Shown: piece after piece, positions 26,401-38,269 of the stretch | Layout of the letters: every line of letters starts with the position of its first letter | Position numbering within the stretch: position 1 is the stretch's first letter | Assembly (NCBI RefSeq): GCF_018350175.1 | Contig: NC_058383.1 | Span: forward strand, 25,670,001-25,734,000 | Reading direction: 5' to 3' | DNA from: Felis catus | Taxonomy: Eukaryota | Length of the DNA: 64,000 nucleotides | Position numbers and translations under genes: made by a program | Notes under the pieces: generated by a model | The model's database searches: none | What the model saw: the letters and a program-made list of their open reading frames with translations, nothing else | What the model was told of the DNA's origin: nothing

Positions 26401-28127
26401 TCGGGTCTCAACCACCTTTCCCTCTCCATCCTTCTTTACTGAGTCTCCGTGTGCCAGGTGCTTGGTTCCCAAGTCTCCCTTGCATCAGGAGAGGCTAGGT
26501 AACCTGTTCTGGCCAATGAAATGTAAAAGGAAGTCTACAGCTGGGAAGAGAGGGGGAGAGGAGATAGTTCTGGTAATGATTTCCCTCCTGGGTAACAGGG
26601 AGGTCATGAGGGGAGCTCTCTTCCCTGAACACCTTCTGTCCTCCATTTGGGGACCATCAAATGAAGACCTGATGCTTGATGCTGTGGCAACCATCTTGTG
26701 ACCATGAGGTGCCAAGTTCAGAATGGTAGAGTAGATGGCTGGAAAGAGTTGGGCCCTTGCTGACATTGTTGAACCATGAATCAACAGTGAGATCACCCAC
26801 ATCTCAACTTATCATGTGATAACAAAAATCCCTATTGTTTAGGCCGTCTTTTGTCCTGTTACTTGAATATTTCCTAACTGACAGCCTTGGGGGCATTGGG
26901 ATATCATCACCATGGCAGCCTCACAGGGGACTACAGGGGTTATCATGAGACTACTCCAAGCAGTCTTATGGACCACAGACAAGGAAAGACCTGGGGGAGC
27001 CAATACAGGAAAAGAAGAAAAGGTGGCTACCACATGGTGATTGTAGCTAGCACTCTGATTTGTGAACTCTGATGTACCCTGTTGGGGACTCTGGAAGTAA
27101 CTGATGTGCCCTTTGCAAGAGTGACTGAATCTTCCAGTAATGAGTGGCATAAGTTATAGACCAAAGACATTAAAAGCAGTGTGGTGATCAACTAGTGATG
27201 TATGTCACAGGCACAAAATAATAGAATGGTAGCAATGGTGTGTCCACATTTGTTTTTTCCTAGCCACTCACTCCAAAGATGTCGATGCCCAGAGATGTCG
27301 ATGGCCTGAGTGTCCCCCATTCCCACTCCAGAGGGAAAGTCAAGTGCTGGAGTCTCTGAGCCCTTTCCTGAGCTTCCTTTCAACCTTGCCCAGCAAGGAC
27401 CCCCGTGACTCCATTAATTAGGAGGCCTTCCCACAACACTTTGTGCTAACCACCTCTCTCCCCCTCTGCTGATAGCAGGACCCACCTCATGTCTATCTAT
27501 GAACCATAACAGAATGAGGCACAGAGCCTGGGACTTAGAAGGCACCCAAGGAAAGTGTTAGTGACACCATCAGGGTTCAATATTTAGGCAGTCGCTTGCC
27601 TGAGGCTATTATAGAAGTATTGAAATTTCATCCTACCAGGCACCTGAATCCCCATCAATTAAATTCATTCATCCTTAGACTTGCACTGATATTTCTGGAA
27701 ACTTCATCTGCAAGACAGTGGGGTAGAGTGGAAAGAGGATGGGTGGCTAGGCTTTCATCCTGCCTCTGCCACTTACCAGCTGTGAGAACTTGGAGAAGTC
27801 ACTCAACTTTTCAAGCCTCGGTTGTGTCACAGCAAGATACAGACACCCACCTCAGAAGGTACCGTGGTTAAAGCAACATGACCTGTGGAAATGGGCTTTG
27901 GCAACTCCAGAGCCCTGAGCAGCACATTCATCTGGGAGTTGATCTACTTTGCAGAGAAAAGAGGATCCTGACAGGAATGAATACAGAATAGACATACTCT
28001 AACAGGAGAAACGAGGCTGGAATTTACCTATTCATGTAGTCAACAAATACCTGATGAGCCATGCCCTGTACTGGGCAAGGAAAACAAGGATGAACAGCCG
28101 ACATGGCTCCTATTCTCGTTAAGCTTA

Positions 28128-28410
28128 GAGCTACACTGTCCTTACAATAGCCACTACCCACCTGAGGCTACTTAAATTTAATTTTTTAAATTTAATTTTA
28201 AATTTAATTTTTTAAATTTAATTTTAAATTTAATTTTTTAAATTTAATTTTAAATTTAATTTAATTAAAAACTGACATTTCATTTCCACAGCCATACTAG
28301 TAAAGTATAAAATGCTCAACAGACACATGTGGCTAGTGGCTACCATAGCTGACAGTGCAGATATAGGACACTTCCATCCTTGTAGAAAGTTCTTATTGGG
28401 ACAGCACTGA
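28128..28410. mobile_element. MER3/MER33-like hAT remnant with an internal AT repeat expansion
   Basis: CACTGTCC...TAGCCACTA...CACATGTGGCTAGTGGCTACC...CCTTGTAGAAAGTTCT...GGACAGCACTG. Confidence 0.65.
28172..28271. repeat. Pure-AT minisatellite, 26-bp unit x3+
   Basis: AAATTTAATTTTTTAAATTTAATTTT starting at 28174, 28200 and 28226, with a partial unit at 28252. Confidence 0.9.
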
Positions 28411-29294
28411 GATATAATCTAGCTGGGGAGACAGACACTAAACAAAGAGCCACACAGACACCTAATGACACACTGTGACATTTGTCAGTGGGAATCCAGG
28501 GGCAATGCTCTTGTCACTTTTCAGTTGAGGAATAGAGCCAAGGAAGCCTCTGTTCTTCGTTTGCCCAAAGGGGACTGAACATTTGAGAACCTGACACAGC
28601 TCCCTATACCTCCTAGAGCTGTTGTCTTCAAGGCTAGAGACTGAAGGAGCCTTCAGGGACATGAAGCTCATCCCTGAAGATGTCTGACCTTGCAACAAAT
28701 TACACCAGTTTAGCCAGTGGGTAAAAGAAACAACCCGGGTTGAACTCCCAGCTCTGACAACTGTATGACCGTGAACTGGTAATTAACCCTGCTGGGCCTC
28801 AGTGTCTACATCTGTTACACAGGGTGAATAATAATATCTGGTCTAGAGGATTACTGGGAAGCTTAAATATTTTAAAGAACGTTAAGTACTTAGAACAGCG
28901 CCTGGCGCACAGTAGCACTCATACCTTATCATAATGGTGATGATGATTATCCATGACTCCTTGAACAAGGGGTGGGGGTGGGAGGAAGTATGCACCTGCC
29001 ACTCAAAAGCTTCCTTTATTTTCACTCTTTGCTTCCCAAAGTATCATCACCCAAAGCTAAACTAATCATCCCAGTGAAACTCCATCTGTAAAATAAATCA
29101 GAAAAGGAAATATAACCATATATATATCAAGATGCCAAACTCTACATGGATCACTTTACATGTATTATGTCTTTAATCTTCACAACAGCCCCATTAGGCA
29201 TGTACTGCTAAAGTTATCTCCATTTTGCATTTTGCAAGAAATTGGGGCTTAGAAAGGTGAACTTGCGCACGTTTACACCGGAAAGGATCTCGGT

Positions 29295-29326
29295 GTCAGT
29301 TCCACTAATAACCACCAGGTGGCGGT
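29295..29326 (+). promoter_or_regulatory. Candidate CTCF site with upstream motif
   Basis: CCACCAGGTGGCGG at 29312-29325 is close to the CTCF core consensus; GTCAGTTCC lies just upstream. Confidence 0.6.
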
Positions 29327-30599
29327 GCCTATCCACTTTCCAATTACGCAGTCCGGCTGGAACGCAGAAGAGGGGTCTTCCCGTAAGTATTTAAAGATCG
29401 CCTGCTGTATGCCAGGCATTGTTCTAGGTGCTGAGGATACGTAGGCAAATAAAACAAGAAAATTGTATTGCCTTTCCCTTCCATTTTTCCTTAAAAATAA
29501 TAAAAGGTATTCGCGGAGATGTGTAGTTGTCCTGACCAGGAGAAAATCGGCTTGTCTGTGCAAGAAGTGAGAGACCACAGGCTCTCGGGAAAGTGATGAA
29601 AATATCTGAAAGGTCTGTGGTCTTCAAAGATCAGGGCATACACCTACCCCCAGAAGGGAGTGTTATTCTACAACCCACCTTCCTGCCTCTCTATCCCCAC
29701 CCCACTGCAGGGAGGTAGGGAGCAGGGGTCATCTCCCTGCAGTGTCTTGTAGGACCTGGATGGGGTGGAGGAAGGTGGTCTCATTCTCAGAAACAAGAAT
29801 GGACTGTCCTCAAAGTCTGGGTTGGGGGAGGGGGTGCTTGAAAGTCTCTAAGTCACCCAGGGAACCAACCCCTTGGGTGTGCTGGTCTGCAGCTCCCTAG
29901 GCCCCATCTGAGCAATGCTGATCTCCCGACAGCCAGGTGGACTACGAGCCAGACTCAAGTGCCCAGGGACGCTGCTGCCTAGGACCCCTCCTTCAAGCTG
30001 GTTCTGGGGCCGTCCTGTGGGCGCGCATCCCGGCTGTGCCCTGAGAGTCTGCGGAGCGCAAGGCCAGTGGCCCCAGGCGGTTGAGTGTGTGCCGTGGGTG
30101 TACGTGGATGATGTGTGCAGCGTTCGTGGTGGGGATCCGGCGTAAAGACCTACGTGAGGGGTGCGCAGTGTGAACGTGTATGTTTGGGGTAGCCAAGGAC
30201 ACAAGGGTTGAGCAGTGTGTGCATAGGGATAAAGACACTTTGGGGCGGTTGGGAGGGCGGGGGAGGCAGTGGAGAGAGCCCAGGCGGGAGAAGGCTGCGT
30301 TTCGACCAGCTAGAGGAGACCAAGCCGCGCCTGTATGCCTAGTTGTATACTTTGGGACGTGCGCGCGAGGATCCTCTCTTGCGTCCAGGACCGGGTGTTT
30401 GTATGTTGTGGGGAAGTTACTGTTTGTGAACCCACGTTGGAGAGTGTCCTGAGCGGAGGAAATCCCCCGCACTAGGACACTCGTGGGATTATCCCCCTGT
30501 GTATGTGTTCCTGCAAATGAATCAACTTGGGTATATGTCCGGTGCGTCTGGACTGCTTATGTGCTTATGGGCGTGGATGTGGGGGACGTGTCCCCAAAT

Positions 30600-32020
30600 T
30601 TAGGACCTTGGAAGGGGGTCGTCTCAGCGCTCCGGGCAAGGAGCTAGGGGCTTGCAACGGGCGGAGAGGATGGAGAGGCGCCGCGCAATTGGCGCGGGGT
30701 TCCGTGAGGAAGAGCCTGTGGGGCAGGGGCAAGGGGCGGAGCTGGGTGCCCCGGGGGCGGGGCCGGCCAGGGGGCGGGGCCGCCGCGGCTGCAGCGGCAA
30801 GCGCGGGGCCAGGGGGCGCCTCGCGAGGCATCGGCTCGCGAGGGCTATGCAGTGAGACAGGACCGGCGGGCGGGCGGGCGCGCGCGGGGCGGGGGCCGCA
30901 GCCGCGCTGCAGAGATGTGACTTGAGGCCGAGAACCAGCAGGAGCGTCGGCGCTGCGTGGCCGCGGGGGTCGGTGAGTGCAAGCCGCGCCGATGGGGTGG
31001 AGGGAGCTTGGACGACCCCAGAAACTTTTCCCGCCGTGGGCTTGGGAGGATTGGGAGTCTGCTTCTTGTGCCCTTCTGAGCGGCCCCGGGGGTTAGTCTG
31101 CTGGGGGAGATGGGGGTCGACAGTGGGGGGGTACCACAGTGCCGCGGGAGAAGAGCCGTAGAGGGCGGGGCGGGGGGAGGGGAGGCCTGGAGACCTTTAT
31201 GGGGGGGGGGGGTGCTGTGTACCCGGACCAGGTGGAGATCCGAGTCTCTGAGGAGGGTCTGGGGGCGACCACAGGTAAAGGGCATCTGGGAGTAGTGTAA
31301 AGGAGTCCAGCCGTACCCGAGTAACTCGTCGTGTGAGGGGAGCCGCGGGCAGGTCCGGGGGCCGCGTGGTCAGCGTGGGGGCTGACCACAGACAGGGCAG
31401 ACGAAGCTGAGGGCATAAGGACCCGGCTTTGGGGGTGAGCTGCCGCACCTGCTGCAGGGGTTGGGGGCCAGGCTCGCAGCCGACAGTGCCTGCGCACTAC
31501 GGGACAAGGGGGGAACACTGCGGGGGAAGAGAGGCAGAGCCGAGACCTGGGGCCGAGGGACAAATGAGGGGCGGCTGCATACAATGGCGAGGGGTTGGCG
31601 TTTCGTTCAGACCCGGCTGGGGCTTAGGACGAGCCCTGTGCTGTGGTGCGTTCGCTGTCCTAGGGGATGTGCCCAGCCCCGCACATCCCGGGATCCCTAA
31701 CCGTCCGCACCCGCCTGGGCCCGGGGGAGCGAGTTAAGCAGGCTGGGAGCGGAGCGCCGACCTTGCCACCGAGGACGGCCCAGCGCAGCTCGCGAGTTCG
31801 TTCCGTGGCCCTTGCTCTGTCACACACAGGCCTGGCCAATCTCCCCCTCCCAACTCGTCCCCGGTTCGCTAAGGGGGCGGCTCCTTGGAGCGCGGACAAT
31901 GGCCCCTGGAGTGTGGCGGGCAGCGGCGTCCCTGTCTGGGGCCCCGGCCCACGCGCCACACTGGCTGCCCAACTGCGCCAGGATGGGGGGGGGGGCACTT
32001 GAGCAGCGCCCAGGAGGAAC
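30600..32020. promoter_or_regulatory. GPRC5B: CpG island / GC-box promoter of GPRC5B
   Basis: Very GC- and CpG-rich; Sp/KLF GC boxes at 30733-30741, 30754-30763 and 30771-30780; inverted CCAAT overlapping an E2F-like TTGGCGCG at 30688-30696; no TATA box seen. Confidence 0.9.
30847..30972 (+). other. GPRC5B: GPRC5B exon 1 (non-coding 5' leader; 5' end approximate)
   Basis: Lies in the CpG island just downstream of GC boxes and ends at a consensus donor TCG|GTGAGT (GT at 30973-30974). The TSS cannot be fixed from sequence alone. Confidence 0.8.
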
Positions 32021-34820
32021 TGGGGGTCCTCGAAAAGACAAGAGAAGTGAGGGAAAAGTGAAGGAAGGGACCTGGCACAAAAGCCACGGAACTTCAGCCA
32101 AGGAACCTTGATTCAGAAGTTTCTTCGGTGGGGTGGGGGGCTTTCGGAGCATTCAAACTTCGAGTTAAGCTGCATGCAAATAGCATGTAAATAGAATGCA
32201 AATCATCATCTGTTGGTTGGGAGCACTCCACGAGGCCAGTTTTGTAACTAGGCTGTGGAGTGAAGGGTTTTCTATCTGTTCCTGCTCTAAGTCTGAAAAG
32301 GGGGTCAGCTGAGTTGAGAAAGAGAAAAATGGAAGGGGAAAGAAGTCGCCATTTGGGGCAGGCAAGCAGCCTTGTTAGAAAGGGCTCAAAATCTTTATTG
32401 CTTAATTTGTTCTTTTAGTAAATGTACCACCTACAGAACTGGGTCTGGGGCAGTACAGTGTAGAAAATGGACAAGCCCCCGCTCTCGGGGCACCGGCCGG
32501 GTGGGTGAACAAACACTACCTAAGTAAATGAATAGCAAGTAGATATAACTTCTAATTGGGATAAGAGCTGCCAGGAAAATAAAACAGGAGGATGTCAAAT
32601 AAAGTGACCAGTGTTGGTGTATGTACGGAAGACCATTCTTGGGAGTGATATTTTTGTGGAGCCTGGCAAGATCTCCCACAGTGGGAGATCTTGGGGGACC
32701 ACTGTGCAGGCAGAGGGCACTGCAAGTGCAAAGGCTTGGAGGTGGGAATGAGCTGAGAACTGAACAAAGGCCATTGTGGCTGGAGCTCGGAAGCAGATGT
32801 GGAGGGGGTGGGTGGGAGAAGGAATGGTACAGACAGACCAGCCAGACCACGATCTTTTGGGCCATGGAAAGGAGTTTAGGTTTTATTCTCCTTGGGCCAG
32901 TGAACCCTTGGAGGGTTTTGAGTGGGAACCAAGGGATGTTAATTTTTAAAACTCCCCTGACCTCAACATGGAAGTGGAAAGCAACTCCCCTTTCGTTCTG
33001 CCTCTGGGGATGTTGAGGTGCGGGGAGCCTCTGAGGGTCTCCATACAGCCTGTGGGGACTGCTTTGATCCTGGCCTGCCCTGTGAGCCCACTTGAGGAGC
33101 TGCTCAGGTTTTAAAATTCACTCCCCACTTTGAGGTAGTTCTTGCCCATCCCCACCCAGAGCCCTTGGCCCCATAAGCACTTCACGCTGAGCTTCCTGGG
33201 GGTTCTGAGTTAGTCACATTTTCTTCTCGGAATTACTGCCCAAGAGGAACCATCCACCCCGGAATGGACAGCCAGGGATGCAATTTGCATTTAAATGATT
33301 GCTTTTATTTACAGGATTGGAGCTGCTTTGCATATTCATGGATCACGGAGCTTGTGTTCTGGCAACCCTGTTTACTAACCTAGGAGGCTTATTAAATTCA
33401 AGGGCCCCCAAATAGGCTGGTGGTCTGGGCAGCGTTGGGAATGAAGATTATGAGATGGTGTAACTTGGAAAAGATATCAGATGGTGGGATTGTGGGTCTG
33501 GGAAAGAGTTTAATGTCAGGAAACCTTGTAACAGTTTAATCTCACAGAGCAGGAAATGCACCAGCACCATCAGCTCTAACAGGAGTGGGCTGGGACACGG
33601 TGTCATGCTGGGGTGTGTGGGGAGACTGGCTTCACAGCCTCATCCTGGCCTTCTGCCAGACGTGGGGTGAGGGCTCAAATCAGAGGTGCAGTGGAAAGCC
33701 TTGGGTCAGGAGTTCGGAGAAATGGGTTTTCGTCCATTTAGAGAAATGACCTATGAATTCCAGTAAGCCTCTCTCTGGCCAAGCTGCCTCACTTCTCTAC
33801 CTCCATTTTCTCAACAGGAAAGACAATGGAATCATGATTGTCTTTTTAATAAGACAATTATTTTGTGCCCAACCCTTTGCTGAGTATTTTTCGTGTACTT
33901 TTCACACCAGCTTTGTGAAGGCAGCCGCTATCTATGTTTTATAGAGGAAGAGACTGAGAGTCAGAGAGGTTAAGTAATGCCCCATGTCACATAGTTATGT
34001 CTGGCTTCACTCCCACTGCGGTCTTCCACTCTGGATGAGATTGATGGGTGGGTAAATTCTGTGCCAGGCATTCATCCACGTACCGAACTACTAACTATGC
34101 CCGGGAGTGGGACAGCCCCCTCCCCGCCTGCTCAGTTTTGTTTTCTTTTTTTTTTTTCTTTCCCTTCCATGCTCTAGCATCTCCCCACATCTTTAAAGAA
34201 GATAGGTTTAAGATGCCTCTGGTCTGCTGGGCACTGGAAGGGGCCTCAAGGTGGAGGATAAGTGGTCTCCTTCGAGCCCTGCTGGTAGTAGCTGAAGAGA
34301 GGCTGGTCGGAATGTGTGTTCACAGTGGTTTTATACATCTTGTATCTCTTTTCATATGGGTAGTGGGCAGATGAGGACACTAGTTTCCCAAAGGAATGGC
34401 CAGTGTCTGGTCCCTGGATGTCCTCCCTCTGACTTCTTGACAGAGAGACTGGGCTTCAGGGCACCCAGGCTGGCCTGGGTTTCCCGTGGGAAAACCACCT
34501 TCACAGGGAGGCTTCCACTTAGAGCACCTGCTTTGGGTATCAGGTGAGTTTAGAGGTTCTTAGGGTAGACTACTACCAAAGATATCTCCCCTTCTACTCA
34601 GGGATCTCTTTGCTTGGCATGATGGGGAAGGCTGGAAACCAGTGGTGGATAAACACTTGGGTGAACCCCCTTCTTCCCCCATCTCCATGGCAACTGCTCC
34701 TCCTGGAAAAGCAGTCAGGAAAGTTCATAACCTCAGTTGAAGGAATATTTACCAACCATTTCTATTTATTTAACAGACAGCATACCCTGTGTCAACTACT
34801 GTCCTAAAACTTACTATTTT

Positions 34821-35044
34821 TTTTTTAATTTTTTTTTCAACGTTTTTTATTTATTTTTGGGACAGAGAGAGACAGAGCATGAACGGGGGAGGGGCAGAGA
34901 GAGAGGGAGACACAGAATCGGAAACAGGCTCCAGGCTCCGAGCCATCAGCCCAGGGCCTGACGCGGGGCTCGAACTCACAGACCGCGAGATCGTGACCTG
35001 GCTGAAGTCGGACGCTTAACCGACTGCGCCACCCAGGCGCCCCC
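34821..35044 (-). mobile_element. Young felid CAN-SINE in GPRC5B intron 1
   Basis: TSD TAAAACTTACTATTTT at 34805-34820 and 35045-35060. Confidence 0.92.
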
Positions 35045-35421
35045 TAAAACTTACTATTTTAATCTTCACAACCACATATTGGGTACTGTTAACGCCCCTA
35101 TTTTGCACATGAGGAAAACTGAGGCAAGATAGGTTCAATCAGCCACCCAGGGTCACCAGGTACCAGCAAGTGGCAAGGGCAGGACTTGAAACCAGAAGAC
35201 CTCACTCAGCAGTTCACCCTGCTTGATGGGGATCGCGGCTGGGAGAACCAGCCCCGAATGTGGCCTTCAGGCAGGCAGCGCTGTCCTTTCTCACGCAAGG
35301 AAACTTGCCTGCATTCTTTCCAGCCTTTACAGGCCCCAGCTCGTGGAGAGATGGAGAAATGGAGCGTGTTCCTCCACCACCTGCCGGAGGCTTCTGGCCC
35401 CTCTGCAGGTGGGGGTGGTGG

Positions 35422-35487
35422 ACAGAGAGAGAGAGAGAGAGAGAGAGAGTGTGTGTGTGTGTGTGTGTGACACAGAGAGAGAGAGTG
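35422..35487. repeat. Compound (GA)n(GT)n microsatellite
   Basis: Direct reading. Confidence 0.9.
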
Positions 35488-38042
35488 TATTTAAGGGCCT
35501 CTGAATGAGTCACATTTCTGGGAGCCCGGCTGGCAGCAAAGGTAATTAGTATGTGAGCCGAGGCTTGTGCAGTCGCTCACATTTGTTCATTACTCCTTTT
35601 GAGGAGCTGCACGCCTCCATCCCATGGGTCTGTTGCCATATATTCATCCCGTCCCAATCAGCCTTGCCTGCGGCTGACTTGAAACCTCTAATCTGGCATT
35701 GTTCAGTTTGGGATTCCTGGAGCACTGCTCTTTTCCTGGGGCGGGGATGCAGAGTGGGGGTGGGGTGGGGGTGGGGGGAGGAAGCACTAAGTGGCTGATG
35801 CAGCTGGATGGGGTGCATCCTGACAGTGGGTGCCTCCCGCTTGCTCTCTGGCAGGGTTGGTGAGGCAGAATGTACTGGGGCCGTGGGTCCTGGCTTACCC
35901 TGCTGCATGTATGTCTGAGCTTCTCAGCCCTCCGTGTGCCCAGTCATCTGAACACACTTGGAGCTTGCTGTGGGGGCTTGTTGAAACACAGGGGGCTAGG
36001 CCCACCCTCTGCGATTCTGCATTTCTAGCAAGCTCCCAGGCGACACTGCTGCTGTTGGCAGTCTGAGGATGAAACTTTGACTTAACCCTCTCAGACCGTC
36101 AGTTCTTTCCTCTGTAAGACAGCAATAAGAACATCTGCCCTACTGGGGTCACATGACCGTTTGAGAGCATATACTTAAAATTTTTTTTAATGTTAATTTA
36201 TTTTTGAGAGAGACAGAATGCAAGCAGGGGAGGGACAGAGAGAGAGGGAGACACAGAATCCAAAGCAGGCTCCAGGCTCTGAGCTGTCAGCACAGAGCCC
36301 GACACGGGGCTCAAACCCATGAACCGTGAGATCATGATCTGAGCCAAAGTCGGACACTTAACCGACTCCGCCACCCAGGCACCCCTGTTTGAGACCATAT
36401 TTATCCATTCACCCATATTTATCCAGCAGCTGGGTTGTGAGCCCTGCTCATGTGCCAAGTACTAGAGTCTGTGCAGAACAAGACAAACAAGGGCTTGGAC
36501 ATGGGAGAGGGGGGAAACAGACCAAAAGAGTAACAAAATATTTGGAAATTATGGCACATGCTACAAAGATGAAAATCAAAAGTACTGGCATAGAGCTTAA
36601 GGGAGGCAGGAAGGACCTAATTTAGACAGACTGGCCAGCAAAGGGCTCCCTCACCAGGTGACATTTCTAGAGCCCTGGTCTGTCATAAGAAGCCCAAGTA
36701 ACAATAGTACAATTGTTTGCCTCCTGGCTCCACCACTTTCTAGCTGTGTGACCTCGAACAAGCCAGCTGAACTCCACGTTTTATTTCCTGTAAAATGGAA
36801 ATAGTAATAGTATTTGCCTCGTAATGTCACTGTGCAGATTATAAGTCATTACTATATGTGAAGTTCATAAAAGTGTGCCTACGGTGTTGCAAGCACTAAG
36901 AGTTAGTTACTGTCATTGTCACTATGGCAAAGTAGAAAGCTCTGGAGGGCAATTCTGAATCCCCCAGAAATCCTACATGAGCAGGACTCTGCTTCATTCT
37001 GAGGCAGTGTGTAGCCGTCCAGATCATCCTAGACATTGTTCTGTAGAGTGGGGTGGCTGTCCCCTCATGGGCATCCTTGACAATAATAATAATCCCACTT
37101 GAGACAGCTGGATCCCACTAAAACGCCTGGCTGCCATTGGTTGCATCCACATGCCTAGATGTTGGGGAGGGAGGACGTCCTGGAAGAAGGGGGCCACATG
37201 ATGTGGGAGGAATAATAGAACTTCTTTGTTGGCAAGTAACACAAACCCAGCTCAAACTGGCTTAATACAAAAAGGGAAGTTAATTGGCTGGATGAATAGG
37301 GGCCGGACCATGAGTCTGACTGCCAGCCTCTGGCGTGCATCCTCACCCCTAATTTGCTTGAGTGGGATGCTGGGATGCATTTAAGAAGCATCTCTTGCCA
37401 TGGGGCACCTGGCTGGCTCAGTCGGTCGAGCGACCTGAGAATCTGAGCCTGCTTCAGATTCTGTCTCCCTCTCTCTCTGCCCCTCCCCCACTCATGCTCT
37501 GTCTCTGTCTCAGAAATAAATAAACATTAAAAAAAAAAAAAAGAAGCATCTCTTGCCAGATGCCTTCTGTTCTGGGCCTGCCTTCTCTCATCTATAGGCA
37601 AAGGTGACGATCCGTATAGCACCAGGCTCCTCATCCAGTGTCATCAATAATTTATCCCAGTCAATGGCTTCACGGCCAAGGCAGGATCAGTGCTGCTCAC
37701 GGGATCCCATAAAAGAGCAGAAAGAGAGAGAGAGAGAGAGAAGTCGATACTGCATTTACTTAAGGAAGCCCCAGGGATGAGCTGGAGGTGGCTGGAGGTG
37801 GCTGGTTACAGCCTCACTCATGTGCAGCCAAGGTGGTAGGTCCAGCCTGAGCCCCCTGGAAATGACCAAGAGAGCAGACCTGTGTAGGCCATGGCTTTCT
37901 GAAGGCCAGGCTCCCTCCAAAAGCAAGAGCTGGTGCCAGTGGGGTAGAGGATAGGGTCGTGGTGAATAAGTCTGTCGTTCATTCAACATTTACTAAGCAT
38001 CTATTTTGTGCCAGCACTGTGTGCTGGTGCTTCAGTCTACAC

Positions 38043-38269
38043 CAGTGGTGTTCATCCCAGCGATCTTGCATCCCCACCCCCATGGGACATTTGGCAACGT
38101 CAAAAGATTTTGGGGTTGTCACAGTTGGGGGAGTGGGTGTGCCACGGGCACCCATCTAGTGGATAGAAGCCAAGGGCACTGCTGAACATCCCACAATGCA
38201 CAGGACGGCCCTCACAGCAAAGAATGGTCGGCCCAGAATGTCAGTGACCCCAAAGTTGAGAAACCCTGG
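38043..38269. mobile_element. MER20-like hAT transposon
   Basis: CAGTGG...GGGACATTTGGCAACGTC...CCCACAATGCACAGGAC...GTTGAGAAACCCTG. Confidence 0.75.

Noticed and set aside
29848..32152. Numerous Arg/Gly/Pro-rich ORFs in and upstream of the CpG island, including a possible upstream coding first exon near 29900-30450
   Set aside because: Stop-codon scarcity in GC-rich DNA explains them; I found no convincing donor that links them in frame to exon 2.
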